DNA of 64,000 nt from Candidatus Parcubacteria bacterium (GTDB lineage Bacteria; Patescibacteriota; Saccharimonadia; UBA4664; JBIOIQ01), in contig OY970378.1 of assembly GCA_963718875.1 (NCBI GenBank), forward strand, positions 196,396 through 260,395. Reading direction: 5' to 3'. Shown in pieces: positions 46,388-57,035 of the stretch. Each line of letters starts with the position of its first letter. The stretch's first letter is position 1. The notes below the pieces were generated by a model. That model had not been told where the DNA came from and did no database searches. It saw only the letters and a list, made by a program, of their open reading frames with translations. A program made the position numbers and the translations under genes.

Positions 46388-47299
46388 GTTTTCTTGCGGT
46401 GGAATTCGTCGTGGACTTTTTTGAGCTGAGGGTCAGTGATGTGTGTGTAAATCTGGGTAGTTGATATGTTGGAGTGTCCCAATAATCCTTGAACACTGCG
46501 TAAATCCGCACCGTTAATAAGCAGGTCGGTTGCAAAGCTGTGGCGCAAGGTGTGAGGAGTGACGTCTTTGGTGATGCCAGCTGCTAAGGCATAGCGCTTG
46601 ACCAGGCGCTGTATGCTGCGTGGGGTTAACCTGGTGTAGCGGCTCACCCTCCATTTCGTCTTGGGTGCCTGAGTAATGGATGAATAGGGGCGCAAAGTTG
46701 TCGCTACGGCTGCCTAACATGCGGGCCAGCCATTCGGCTGCCTCCTCGCTAATAAATACTGGTCGATCTTTTTGGCCTTTGCCGCGGACCGTAAACTCCC
46801 GGCGTTCAAGGTTTATGTGGTCGCGGTCAAGATTTGATAATTCTGATACGCGCAATCCACTAGCAAACAGTAGTTCAATAATGGCGCGGTCACGTAGTCC
46901 TATGGGGGTGGTGGCGTTGATGACTTCGAGGAGTCGGGCTACTTCATCGGCTTCCAGAAACCCCACTTGGGGGCGTTTTACCCGGGCAAGCTCAATTCGG
47001 TCGCTGGAAAGGGTTTTGATGCCGCGTTTTGCGGCAAACTTGAGAAAGCTACGCAATGCTATAAGGTGATAGTTTTGAGTGGCTTTAGATAGCTCATTTC
47101 CGTTCTGGTCGGTGAAGCGATTGAGCCACAAGCGCCACTTGCGAATTAGCTCGTCGTCAAGTTTGGCTATGTCTATGTCATCGCTAAATTCTACCAGCCT
47201 GCGGAGGTATAAGTCGTAGTTGGCAATGGTGCGCTGTGACCGGTTCTGTTCGATCTCTAAGTACTCTAGGAAGTCCGTTACCATTTCGCTTATGCTCAT
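46384..47299 (-). CDS. xerD: tyrosine recombinase XerD/XerC-like, interrupted by apparent frameshift near 46650-46700
   Basis: N-terminal core-binding domain (47299 frame). C-terminal catalytic part with HTLRHSFAT...[15 protein letters not shown] in another frame (46384-46695). Confidence 0.8.
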
Positions 47300-47412
47300 A
47301 ATGGTAGTTTATACCACTTGGGCTTGAGAGGCAAAGAGTCGCACATTATTTTAATAACTATTGCGTATGAGACAAGCCGCCTTTGGTAAAGTCACCTGTT
47401 ATAATTATCGCT

Positions 47413-49296
47413 ATGAATAAACTAATCACCAAACAAAGGCTGGCTGTTTGGTTGCTTGTATGTTTGACAATTCCGTGGAAGTTCGGAGGTAAAGAGCAAG
47501 TTGCTATTTTGGTTGATTTTCTATTGCTAGTTTTGGCGTCTTTCCTGTTGTTGCGCTCGCCTGAAATCAAATCAACCGTTGTAAAGGGCCCTATGTGGTT
47601 GCCCTTTGCCTTCTTGAGTTGGGCGTCTTTATCATTGATTTGGTCAGTTAATCGCTATCAGACGGTTGTTTGGCTTGAAATTACCGGCTTGGCCATAGTG
47701 GCATTCTTACTTGCCTGCAGCTTTGGTCGCATAAAACAGCTACGAAATGAGTGGTTAAATGGTTATCAGCTAATTGCGACCATCACAGCCATGTGGGGTA
47801 TTTTTATATATTTGACGCAGAGTTACGATCGTTTGACCTCAAGCTTTTATTTAGCCAATCCTTTGGCGGCTTATTTATTACCTGCATGTTTACTCAGTTT
47901 GTGGCAATTTGCCAAAACGGGCAGAAAATTGGCAGTCGTGTATGGCTCGATCTTAGGTGCGGCTTTAGTACTAGCAGATTCGCGTTCTGCTTTTGTGATG
48001 CTGGGGCTGGTGCTTGCTGTAGGAATTGCTACAAGACCTAAAGCAGTGCAAGTATTTCGCACTTTTGGACTTATAGGAGTTGTGATACTGCTTGTTGGTT
48101 CTGCTAATCTAGCTCGTGCTAATTTATTTCACCAGGACACCGTTACGCAGGGTGCAAGATTTAGCGAGCTGACAAAGGAGAGTTCCACCAGTGGTAGTGA
48201 CCGTATCAATTATTTGAAAAGCACCTTCGACATTTGGAAACAGTATCCTGTGCTAGGCACAGGTGCCGGTACTTTTGGTTCGGTTCATCCCAAATACCAG
48301 CATCGGGTAATTAGTGCATCTACTAATGCTCATAACTTTTATGCCCAAACGTTAGCTGAGTTGGGATTGGTGGGAGGACTACTGATTGCGGGTGTGGTGT
48401 TGGCGTTAGGAGCAGTGGTGGTCAAAAGCTTTCGAGCCAAAGCCGATCGAATCTTAGCGTTAGTACTTGCAGTTATGGTCCTTCACTTGGGGATTGATAT
48501 TGATGCTGCATACCCAAGTATAATGGTTATTGTAGGGACTATGAGCGGTTTTTTGGTGGCAAATGTGCGTCGGTCGCAAAACAATTTTGTCAAACACCAA
48601 TGGCCGCTAGTCTTTGCTCTGGGGTTATCGGTTGTAGCAATTGTTCCAGCTTGGGGAGGGTATGTTTCTCGCGGGTACGCCAACTCCGCTTTATTGGCTC
48701 AAGATGACGGTGATTATGCTGAAGCCTCTGAGCTTTATGCACTAGCTCATACTGGAACCACCTACGATCCAGATGTGCTTACAGCTAGGGGAATCAACCA
48801 TTTAACTTTGGGTGCAGGCTATTCCGTTAAACCTAAGGCCGAGCAAGAATATGGTAAGGCTAAGCAATTGGCTTTACGTGCTCAGCGACTTGACTTGTAC
48901 GATGCACAACATTTGCTTTTGCAAGCTCGAGTATTGCTCAAGGAGAAAGATTTTGACGCAGCTGAGAAAGTTTATAGGCATATATTAGTCCTAGATCCGT
49001 ACAATCACCCTGAATATTACGGTGATTTAGTGTATTTGTATTTGCAGAAAAATAGCTTCGAGAAAGCACTTATGACTGCAAATAAAGTTTTATTGCTATA
49101 TACTCCAAGCGTTGTAGCTAATCGTAGCCTGGATAGGAGAGTACCGGTTGAGATAGCTAAGCTTTACTATTATAGAGCTATCATATTGCAAGGAACTGAT
49201 TTAAAGCAGACTCGGGCGGACGTAAAAATGTCGTTACTTTTGAAGCCCGACAATCAAGCTGCGCAATTGTTATTGGACCAGCTAACGCGCAGCTAA
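47413..49296 (+). CDS. Wzy_C (O-antigen ligase / O-oligosaccharyltransferase-like) polytopic membrane protein with C-terminal TPR repeats
   Basis: About 10 TM helices, a large loop typical of Wzy_C, and C-terminal TPR-like helices. TATAAT just upstream; the ATG at 47413 is preferred over 47383. Confidence 0.65.
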   Translation: MNKLITKQRLAVWLLVCLTIPWKFGGKEQVAILVDFLLLVLASFLLLRSPEIKSTVVKGPMWLPFAFLSWASLSLIWSVNRYQTVVWLEITGLAIVAFLLACSFGRIKQLRNEWLNGYQLIATITAMWGIFIYLTQSYDRLTSSFYLANPLAAYLLPACLLSLWQFAKTGRKLAVVYGSILGAALVLADSRSAFVMLGLVLAVGIATRPKAVQVFRTFGLIGVVILLVGSANLARANLFHQDTVTQGARFSELTKESSTSGSDRINYLKSTFDIWKQYPVLGTGAGTFGSVHPKYQHRVISASTNAHNFYAQTLAELGLVGGLLIAGVVLALGAVVVKSFRAKADRILALVLAVMVLHLGIDIDAAYPSIMVIVGTMSGFLVANVRRSQNNFVKHQWPLVFALGLSVVAIVPAWGGYVSRGYANSALLAQDDGDYAEASELYALAHTGTTYDPDVLTARGINHLTLGAGYSVKPKAEQEYGKAKQLALRAQRLDLYDAQHLLLQARVLLKEKDFDAAEKVYRHILVLDPYNHPEYYGDLVYLYLQKNSFEKALMTANKVLLLYTPSVVANRSLDRRVPVEIAKLYYYRAIILQGTDLKQTRADVKMSLLLKPDNQAAQLLLDQLTRS

Positions 49297-51144
49297 AGCC
49301 TGGCGGTTGTAGACCATAACTATACTCAAATCGGCGGGGGTAACACCTTGAATTCGGGCTGCCTGGCCAACGGTCTCGGGGCTGACTTCTTTTAGCCTCA
49401 CTCGGGCTTCATTACGCAGACCTTTGATAGCGTCGAAGTCGAGCTTAGCTAGTTGTTGTTCATCTTGATTACGAAGTTTCTCAGCTAAGCTTGATTGTCT
49501 CTCAAAGTAACCTCGATATTTGGCGTCTAATTCTATTTGTTCTTCGACTTCGTAGGGGTAGGCGGGTAAGTTATACAGTTCACGAGTTTCTTTTATGCTA
49601 GAACTAGGTCGTCGCAAGTATTGATATGCAGTTGGCGAACTTTTTTTCGTTGGTAAGTGGGAAGATTGATATTGAACAAGTCCTGTGTTCAATTGATCAT
49701 GTTTTTCTTTTGTATAAGCCATAATTTCATTACTAACTAAGCCTATTTCATGTCCGATTTTGGTCAGTCTTAGGTCGGCATTGTCGTTGCGTAAAAGTAA
49801 TCTGTACTCTGCTCGTGAAGTGAACATGCGGTAGGGCTCAACATGCAATTTGGTTACTAAATCTTCAATAAGAACACCTATATAAGCCTGATCACGACGC
49901 AGTATAAGCTGTGGTAGTTTTTGGACTTGCCGCGAAGCGTTTATTCCGGCCATTAGCCCTTGGGCGGCTGCTTCTTCGTACCCTGTGGTGCCGTTCATTT
50001 GCCCGGCCAAATACAATCCCTTGACCAACTTTGTTTCCAGTGTGGTTTTGATTTGATGGGGAGGAAAGTAGTCATACACAACTGCATAGCCGTGGGCTAA
50101 GAATTTGGCCTCTTCTAAGCCAGTAATGGTATGGATGATCTGCTCTTGTAGGGTTTCGTCGAAGGCCAAGGAGCCTCCTTGGATATAAATTTTGGGTTCA
50201 CTTACACCCGTGGGTTCTAGGAATATAGGGTGGCGCGAGCGGTCAGGAAAATTTACAACTTTTCGATCGAGCGAAGGACAGCTGCGAGGGGCTCGCTCGC
50301 TAATTAAGCCATTATAATTGGGGGCTTTGTCTAAGTTGGCTAAAATCATAGCGTGGGTCTTAGGGTTGGTGTAAGTAAGGTGGCAAGGAATTTGCTTTTG
50401 ATACGGCATAACCTCTCGATTGGGGTAACTAAAACTAATAGCTCCTGGAGTACCAGGGGAGGCTTCGAGAGAGTCAAAGTCAATGCTGGCTTTGTCAAGA
50501 CGGGGAGGGGTTCCAGTTTTGAGGCGCCCGTGAACTAAACCAAGCTGGTTTAGGCTCTCGGTAAGACCAAGGCTAGCTCGTTCGTCCATTCGGCCGCCGT
50601 CGCGTACGACGCGGGTGCCGACGATAATTTGGCCGGTCATAAAGGTACCGGTGGCAATAATTACGGCGTGGGCTCCAAACTCAGTGCCGTCGCCAGTTTG
50701 GACGCCGTTTATGCGTTGCGTTGCAGGTGTGTTGTTGCCTTCTGGGGTTACTCTAATTGACGGTTCGGCTAGTACTCTCTTGACCTCATCTTCGTAAAAT
50801 TCTAGATTGGGCGTACTTTTGAGCTCATCAAGCATAGTGGCATTGTAGGTGGTTTGTTCGATTTGCGCTCGGTAAGCTCTCACAGCCGGCCCTTTGCTGG
50901 TATTGAGTTCTTTCATCTGGATAGCGCTGGTATCGGCAACACGTGCCATAACCCCGCCAAGGGCGCCGATTTCACGCACCAGATGACCCTTACCAGGTCC
51001 GCCAATAGAAGGGTTGCAGGGCAACATGGCAACCTTGGCTAAAGTAGTGGTTATAAGTAAGGTTTTGGAGCCTATTTTGGCAGAGGCAATAGCCGCTTCG
51101 CACCCAGCGTGTCCAGCACCAACCACAATGACGTCATAGTGTTT
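49282..51144 (-). CDS. mnmG: tRNA uridine-5-carboxymethylaminomethyl modification enzyme MnmG
   Basis: FAD-binding [14 protein letters not shown] and MnmG-specific C-terminal domain. Confidence 0.95.
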   Translation of the reverse strand, partial: KHYDVIVVGAGHAGCEAAIASAKIGSKTLLITTTLAKVAMLPCNPSIGGPGKGHLVREIGALGGVMARVADTSAIQMKELNTSKGPAVRAYRAQIEQTTYNATMLDELKSTPNLEFYEDEVKRVLAEPSIRVTPEGNNTPATQRINGVQTGDGTEFGAHAVIIATGTFMTGQIIVGTRVVRDGGRMDERASLGLTESLNQLGLVHGRLKTGTPPRLDKASIDFDSLEASPGTPGAISFSYPNREVMPYQKQIPCHLTYTNPKTHAMILANLDKAPNYNGLISERAPRSCPSLDRKVVNFPDRSRHPIFLEPTGVSEPKIYIQGGSLAFDETLQEQIIHTITGLEEAKFLAHGYAVVYDYFPPHQIKTTLETKLVKGLYLAGQMNGTTGYEEAAAQGLMAGINASRQVQKLPQLILRRDQAYIGVLIEDLVTKLHVEPYRMFTSRAEYRLLLRNDNADLRLTKIGHEIGLVSNEIMAYTKEKHDQLNTGLVQYQSSHLPTKKSSPTAYQYLRRPSSSIKETRELYNLPAYPYEVEEQIELDAKYRGYFERQSSLAEKLRNQDEQQLAKLDFDAIKGLRNEARVRLKEVSPETVGQAARIQGVTPADLSIVMVYNRQALAAR

Positions 51145-51251
51145 CATAGAACGCAATTATACTCAATCTGAGGCTACTTTACCATGAGCGAAAGGATGAA
51201 GAGCGAAAGGATGAAGTCGGACTTCTCACGGGAAAAGAAGTACGACTAGGA

Positions 51252-51280
51252 TTGACTTTTCGGTTTTTGTTCGGTATCAT
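51252..51280 (+). promoter_or_regulatory. putative promoter TTGACT-N17-TATCAT sharing the 17-bp motif CGGTTTTTGTTCGGTAT with the recA promoter
   Basis: Identical 17-mer at 51261-51277 and 21291-21307. Confidence 0.45.
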
Positions 51281-51301
51281 CTCAAAAAACAAGGAATTGT
51301 C

Positions 51302-51838
51302 ATGCCTAATTATGATCGTGAATTTGAGGAGGGGGCATTTTTTCATATTTTCAACAGAGGTAATCATCGCCAATCAGTTTTTCTCGATGATCACGACAGA
51401 TCATATTTTTTGGGATTAGTGAGTGAGAATGCCAAGAAATATGGTGTGCTGATTGCGGCATATTGTTTGATGAGGACACATTACCATTTTGCCGTGAGAC
51501 AACTTGAATTTGATTCAAGAGTTGACAAATGGATTGGTTGCTCAGTGATGAGCTACGCACATTATTTTAATGCTAAATATGATCAAGTCGGTTCGATTTT
51601 CCAATGTCGGTATAAGTCGATACGGGTATTAAGCGATTCATACTTGCTTCACCTAATAAGGTATATTCATCGTAATCCCGCAGAGTTTTGTGACCCATTG
51701 ATATATCCCTGGTCCAGTATAAGAAGCTATACTACAGGTGAGCCTGTCGTTTCTGACCCGACCTATGTATTAGATCTACTGGCTGGCCAGTCGTACGTAG
51801 ATTTTATGAACTCTGATATTTCGAGAAGTCAGACTTAG
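51302..51838 (+). CDS. IS200-like / REP-associated tyrosine transposase (RAYT, Y1 HUH family)
   Basis: HUH motif MRTHYHFAV and C-terminal YIHRNP...YPWSS as in RAYT/TnpA(REP). Flanked by GAAGTCNGACTT palindromes. Confidence 0.8.
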   Translation: MPNYDREFEEGAFFHIFNRGNHRQSVFLDDHDRSYFLGLVSENAKKYGVLIAAYCLMRTHYHFAVRQLEFDSRVDKWIGCSVMSYAHYFNAKYDQVGSIFQCRYKSIRVLSDSYLLHLIRYIHRNPAEFCDPLIYPWSSIRSYTTGEPVVSDPTYVLDLLAGQSYVDFMNSDISRSQT

Positions 51839-51898
51839 TTTTGCCAAAAAGAAGTCTGACTTATTGGTGCTTGTGGCTAATGTCGCTATACTGAGGTT

Positions 51899-52681
51899 AT
51901 GCAACTGATCCAAGCAATTATTCTAGGTTTGACGCAAGGTTTGACGGAATTTATACCGGTTTCTAGCTCAGGACACCTTATTTTGGTTGGTCATTTTTTA
52001 AACTTTCCTTATAGCGGACTGGCGTTTGACACGGCTCTGGATGTTGGAACGTTAACAGCCTTATTTATTTTTTTCTGGAAGGATTTTTGGAGGCTGGCTC
52101 ACGATTTTGTACTAGGAGGTCCAGAGCGAAAGCTGGCTTGGTACATCATAATTGCGACAATTCCAGCTGTAATTGTGGGGGTTTTTATTGAAAAGGCTGC
52201 TGAGACAGTTTTTCGTTCTAATACATTGGTAGCCTTTAACTTAATATGGGTTGCAGTAGTCATGCTTATAGCGGATCGCTCGGAAGCAGTCGTGAAAAAA
52301 ATTGAGCAGATAAAATTTGGCAGTGCTTTTGCAATTGGATTAGTGCAGTGCTTGGCCTTGGTACCAGGGGTGTCCCGGTCTGGAAGTACAATTACTGCAG
52401 GGCGGTTTTTGAAACTTGATCGAGTAACCGCTATTAGGTATTCTTTTTTGCTTTCTGCACCGGTAATTTTGGGGGCAACCGCTAAGCAAATATTGAAAAG
52501 CTCAACTCTTGACCAAATGGCCTCTGCCCCGACACTTTATATTGTAGGGATCTTAGCAGCTTTAATTAGTGGCTACATTTCAATTAAGTTTTTAATTAAT
52601 TATCTTAGCAAGCATGGGTTAGGTCTGTTTGCTTATTATCGTATAGTGGCAGGCATTATTATTTTGTTAGTATTGAGGTGA
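51899..52681 (+). CDS. uppP: undecaprenyl-diphosphatase
   Basis: BacA motifs GLTEFIPVSSSGH and PGVSRSGSTI. Confidence 0.92.
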   Translation: MQLIQAIILGLTQGLTEFIPVSSSGHLILVGHFLNFPYSGLAFDTALDVGTLTALFIFFWKDFWRLAHDFVLGGPERKLAWYIIIATIPAVIVGVFIEKAAETVFRSNTLVAFNLIWVAVVMLIADRSEAVVKKIEQIKFGSAFAIGLVQCLALVPGVSRSGSTITAGRFLKLDRVTAIRYSFLLSAPVILGATAKQILKSSTLDQMASAPTLYIVGILAALISGYISIKFLINYLSKHGLGLFAYYRIVAGIIILLVLR

Positions 52682-53268
52682 GTTTAACTTCTGTTGCCCA
52701 AGATCTATTGGCGGGTCTTGGTTATGGGGGGTTAGCTTTCGGGCTTGTTATTGATAGCGCTGGGGTACCAATACCGTCGGAAGTTTTATTGCCACTAGCT
52801 GGAGCCCTGGCACGCCAAGGACGGTTTAACTTGGCGGTTGTGATTATTGTAGGGACGCTTGCTCAAACAGTAGGGGCAATCTTAGCGTATTGGATTGGAG
52901 CGTATGGCGGCTTGCCACTGATCCAACGCTATGGCAAATACGTTATGTTTAGTCATCATGAGTTAGTGAAGACCCAAAAGCTGTTTGATCGTTATGGGGC
53001 TTGGCTGACGCTTGCTGGAAGGTGTCTGCCTGGCATAAGAACCTATATCGGATATCCGGCAGGGTTAGCACGGATGCGATTTAGTGTATTTGTGTTTGCA
53101 TCGGCGGTTGGGTCATTGTTATGGACGGTTTTTTTGGCAATATTGGGCTATCAGCTAGCAAACCATCTCGAATCGATTGACCGGTTATTCGGTCCGTTTG
53201 GGTTAATTCTGGCGACGGTGTCTATAATTGTATTCATTTGGTATGTACGTAAAACACGCAAACACTAA
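52678..53268 (+). CDS. DedA-family membrane protein
   Basis: SNARE-associated/DedA pattern with 4-5 TM helices. Confidence 0.8.
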   Translation: MSLTSVAQDLLAGLGYGGLAFGLVIDSAGVPIPSEVLLPLAGALARQGRFNLAVVIIVGTLAQTVGAILAYWIGAYGGLPLIQRYGKYVMFSHHELVKTQKLFDRYGAWLTLAGRCLPGIRTYIGYPAGLARMRFSVFVFASAVGSLLWTVFLAILGYQLANHLESIDRLFGPFGLILATVSIIVFIWYVRKTRKH

Positions 53269-53348
53269 TTTTGTGCAAAAAACTAGCTTGAAACTCTTCC
53301 AGCTATCGCAGCAAGCAATGAATTGCTTTACAATAAGGTGAGCGACTT

Positions 53349-54632
53349 ATGAAATACGAACACTCAACACTTAATAATGGTTTGCGAGTAATCACGGCTA
53401 ACATCCGTGATTCATTTAGTGTTGCTAGCTGTATTATGGCTGGAGTAGGCAGTCGTTATGAGGATTATGACACTAATGGAGGTGTGTCGCACTTTTTAGA
53501 GCACTTGTTGTTTAAGGGTACTGTTAAGCGACCTAGTCCGGAGGCAATTGCATTAGAAGTTGATGGGGTTGGAGGTAACACTAATGCTTATACCACTTAT
53601 GATTTAACAAACTTTTATATGCGCATGCCTCGCCCACAAGCAGAGCTGTCGTTGGACATACTGAGCGACATGGTGCGCAATCCACTGTTTGACCTAACTG
53701 AGGTTGATCGTGAGCGTGGGGCTGTGATAGAAGAGATGAATATGCGCCAAGATGATCCAAGTCTTCATGTGCATGAATTGTTACCGTCGTTACTATGGCC
53801 CCATGACCCTCTTGGGAAGCCTTTGATTGGTAGTAAGGAAATAATTCAGACTATATCTAGAGATGCTATTGCCGAATTTCAGCGTCTGCATTACAGCCCG
53901 GAGAATTTGGTAGTTGCGATGGCTGGAGATGTGCAGCACGAAGATGTTTTAAAAATGGTAGAGCGGTACATGGGTGATATGAAGTCGTTTAAGACCCCTA
54001 ACTTAGCTCCAGTGCGGGCCGAAATCAGCCCTAAGCTTGTAAATAGCGTTATTAATGCTACCAACCAAGCTCATATAGTCATTGGTTGTTATGGTTATCC
54101 TTATAACCATCCAAATGATGCTGCTGCCCGAGTGGCTACCTATATATTGGGAGTTGGGATGTCTTCACGGCTGTTTGTAAACGTACGAGGCCGCCAAGGG
54201 CTGGTTTATGGGGTGTATGCTGACTATGACAATTTGGTTGATACTGGTCAGTTTAGTGTTTACGCAGGGATCAACTTGGATAAGATTGAAGCGGCGGTGA
54301 GCTCGATCATGTTTGAATTGTTCCGTATTGCCAAAGAAGCAGTTAATCCTGAGGAGTTGGCAAAGGTAAAGAACAAGATGAGCGGAGGCTTGCAAATGGC
54401 GTTGGAAAACACATTTGCGGTTGCAGATAGGATTGGAACTCGGTTATTATTGTTGGATCAGATTAAAACGCCCGAACAGACATTGGCCGAAATAGCGGCA
54501 GTTACTGTTGAAGACGTAAAGCGGGTGGCAGGTGAGATGTTTCGGCCGGACCGGTTACGTTTAGCAGTTATTGCCCCTGACATTGCCCCCGCCGAGCAAA
54601 CCTTCAAACAAATGATAGCAAAGGAAGCATAA
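53349..54632 (+). CDS. M16-family zinc peptidase (pitrilysin-like)
   Basis: Inverted zinc motif HFLEHLLFKGT (HxxEH). Confidence 0.85.
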   Translation: MKYEHSTLNNGLRVITANIRDSFSVASCIMAGVGSRYEDYDTNGGVSHFLEHLLFKGTVKRPSPEAIALEVDGVGGNTNAYTTYDLTNFYMRMPRPQAELSLDILSDMVRNPLFDLTEVDRERGAVIEEMNMRQDDPSLHVHELLPSLLWPHDPLGKPLIGSKEIIQTISRDAIAEFQRLHYSPENLVVAMAGDVQHEDVLKMVERYMGDMKSFKTPNLAPVRAEISPKLVNSVINATNQAHIVIGCYGYPYNHPNDAAARVATYILGVGMSSRLFVNVRGRQGLVYGVYADYDNLVDTGQFSVYAGINLDKIEAAVSSIMFELFRIAKEAVNPEELAKVKNKMSGGLQMALENTFAVADRIGTRLLLLDQIKTPEQTLAEIAAVTVEDVKRVAGEMFRPDRLRLAVIAPDIAPAEQTFKQMIAKEA

Positions 54633-55258
54633 TGAAAGTTGACCCTTCTAAACTAGACGCATTAAGACGCGAACGTTCTTTAGTAGTAATTAAGCCGGAC
54701 GGAGTTATGCGCCGGATTGTAGGGGAGTTAATTACTCGATTTGAGCGCAAGGGGCTTAAAATTGCCGCCATGAAGATGATTTGGCCTACAGATGAACTGG
54801 CCGAACGCCACTATATTGATAGCGAAGAATGGCTACTTGATACCGGCACAAAAACCTTTAATAGTTATATTGAGAAGGGCATTCAACCCGAAGAAACACC
54901 TCGAGAGATTGGAATGCGGGTAAGGAAACTACTAATTGATCATTTGACGGCTGGTCCGGTGGTGGCAATGGTGATGGAGGGAGCGCATGCAATTGAAGTT
55001 TTGCGTAAAATGCGCGGCGCTACCAGTCCGCTAAAAGCCGACGTGGGTACGATTGGCTTTGATTATACCCTGGAATCATATGAGCTGAGTGATGCTGGTG
55101 ATTGGGCTATCAAGAATGTGTTGCATGCATCAGATTCAATGGCCAACTACCAGCGCGAAAGTGAGATTTGGTTTGATAAAGGCGAAATTATTAATTATGA
55201 TACGGCAATTGACCACGTGCTTTATACCAATGATTGGTTCCAAAAACGCGATAAGTAA
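54632..55258 (+). CDS. ndk: nucleoside-diphosphate kinase (extended form)
   Basis: LVVIKPDGV... N-terminus and active-site NVLHASDS. Confidence 0.8.
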   Translation: MKVDPSKLDALRRERSLVVIKPDGVMRRIVGELITRFERKGLKIAAMKMIWPTDELAERHYIDSEEWLLDTGTKTFNSYIEKGIQPEETPREIGMRVRKLLIDHLTAGPVVAMVMEGAHAIEVLRKMRGATSPLKADVGTIGFDYTLESYELSDAGDWAIKNVLHASDSMANYQRESEIWFDKGEIINYDTAIDHVLYTNDWFQKRDK

Positions 55259-55689
55259 TGAAGTCAGAAACTGATTGCCCATTTTGTAATCGGGAAACGC
55301 AGGCTTCTTGGATTGTAGAACAAGCTGAACTAACCTACGTGATACTGAGTAATCCCAGGTTATTGAAAGGTCATATTCTGGTCATTCCTAAACGACACGT
55401 CGAAAAGCCCTGGGAGCTAACGCCTGAGGAGAGATTAGGCATTTTCAAAATGGTTGATAAATATGAGCAGCTGCTGTTAGCAAACGGAGCTACCGGGGTT
55501 GATATCCGTCAAAATTATCGGCCGTTTTTAACTCAAAATAGAGTAAAAGTTGATCATGTCCATTTTCATGTTTTGCCTCGAACGCTTGAAGATGACTTAT
55601 ACCAGCGCAGTATGAAATACGAGCTGGATATATTTGCTGAATTACCAGATGAAGAGCGCGATGATGTTCTGCGAATGCTGAAAAGTTAG
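55258..55689 (+). CDS. HIT-family hydrolase
   Basis: Histidine triad HVHFHVLPR and N-terminal CPFC zinc ribbon. Confidence 0.85.
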   Translation: MKSETDCPFCNRETQASWIVEQAELTYVILSNPRLLKGHILVIPKRHVEKPWELTPEERLGIFKMVDKYEQLLLANGATGVDIRQNYRPFLTQNRVKVDHVHFHVLPRTLEDDLYQRSMKYELDIFAELPDEERDDVLRMLKS

Positions 55690-56046
55690 CAGATACTTTT
55701 AGGAATCTTTTAAGTAATACATAAACCAGGTCAAGCTCATTGGATTCTTAACAATCGCATTTTTGTGTTTCGATTTAGCCTCTCAATGTTAGCTGGCATT
55801 TATCGTCCTCTTTCTTTTATTGCCTGAGCTTGTCGAAGGCCAAACTTCGGAATCTTTTAATGTCGCGAATCCAATACCATACTATCATCCTGAACTGTTT
55901 CAATATCCATCGACTGATTTCACCAACAGGAGTGCCTATGTTATTTTACCCTTTTTAGCAATTATATAATTCCAAATTTGTTTGGTCACACTTCCAATCG
56001 AGTAAGCCAAAATATTGACATTTTCAGCCATATGCTTCAACCAGAC

Positions 56047-56076
56047 ATTGACTTTTATGTTGAGACCAATAATTAT
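56047..56076. promoter_or_regulatory. 30-bp perfect palindrome aataattatataactagttatataattatt upstream of the AbrB-like/NUDIX operon (candidate operator)
   Basis: Checked base by base; perfect dyad centred between 56061 and 56062. Confidence 0.5.
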
Positions 56077-56149
56077 ATAACTAGTTATATAATTATTAAA
56101 ACATCCAAAATGAATTAAGGGAGGGGGATGAAACGCCCAAATTCATTTA

Positions 56150-56383
56150 TTGGAGAAAGAGGTTATTTTGTATAAGCAGTATACCCGCAAGTTGGGCAAG
56201 ATTGGACGGACCAAAACACCGTCGTATTACATGACGTTGCCTATGGAGCTTGTTAAAGAGCTGAAGTGGAGAGATGGCCAGGAGTTGGTGGTGAGACGTG
56301 CTCAAACAGGTAATCATTTGATCATCGAAACGGTTTGGCATGACGATCCTAGATCAAGGACAAACTTTCGTGCTGATTCCTGA
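56150..56383 (+). CDS. small SpoVT/AbrB-like (swapped-hairpin) DNA-binding protein; start uncertain (TTG 56150 or ATG 56231)
   Basis: MTLPMELVKELKWRDGQELVVRRAQTGNHLIIETV resembles the AbrB/MazE fold. Confidence 0.45.
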   Translation: MEKEVILYKQYTRKLGKIGRTKTPSYYMTLPMELVKELKWRDGQELVVRRAQTGNHLIIETVWHDDPRSRTNFRADS

Positions 56384-56816
56384 AACAATATTTGAATCGA
56401 GCCAAGTTTTCGAAGGCACTAAAGGGTTGGTGTTTATTGGCGACAAAATAATTGTTTATCGTCGTGATAAAAATGCTCCTCAACATCCCTTAAAGCTTGA
56501 CGTTCCGGGTGGCGGTAGGGAGGGCAATGAAACGCCGTTTCAAAACTTTCAACGTGAGGTTAATGAAGAGTTTGGGCTCAACCTCACTAGAGATGATTTG
56601 AGATATGGCCGTCGCTACGAAGCAAGCGACGGTTCTGGGCGGATTGGATATTATTTAGTTGCAAAACTCGAGGTGGTTGAGGCTGAAAAAATTGTGTTTG
56701 GAAACGAAGGGCAGGATTTTACGCTTATGACCCTAGAAGAGTTTTTAGATAGACATGATGTTTGGCCAGCCTACCAAGAACGCTCAAAGGATTATTTGGA
56801 AACCTTAAAAAGGTAG
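56340..56816 (+). CDS. NUDIX hydrolase
   Basis: Nudix box GGGREGNETPFQNFQREVNEEFG. Confidence 0.85.
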   Translation: MTILDQGQTFVLIPETIFESSQVFEGTKGLVFIGDKIIVYRRDKNAPQHPLKLDVPGGGREGNETPFQNFQREVNEEFGLNLTRDDLRYGRRYEASDGSGRIGYYLVAKLEVVEAEKIVFGNEGQDFTLMTLEEFLDRHDVWPAYQERSKDYLETLKR

Positions 56817-56902
56817 AATCAAAAACCAAGCTTTGATATTTTGTGGTCGCGTATTAAGATTTAAAGCCTGGTTTTAGTGTCGATGGTACAATGACTAGAC
56901 TT

Positions 56903-56977
56903 GCCCCCATAGTTCAATGGATAGAACACGTCCGTCCTAAGGATAAGATCTCCGTTCGAGTCGGAGTGGGGGCACCA
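56903..56977 (+). tRNA. tRNA-Arg (anticodon CCU), CCA encoded
   Basis: Manual fold: acceptor gccccca/tgggggc, D arm gttc-aatggata-gaac, anticodon loop gtCCTaa, T arm ctccg-ttcgagt-cggag, then ACCA. Preceded by a TGn -10 tggtacaat at 56884-56893. Confidence 0.8.
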
Positions 56978-57035
56978 GATTACGCTGGAAGCTTTGTCTG
57001 GTAAGCCAAGTAGCTTATGGTACAATCGAGCCAAG

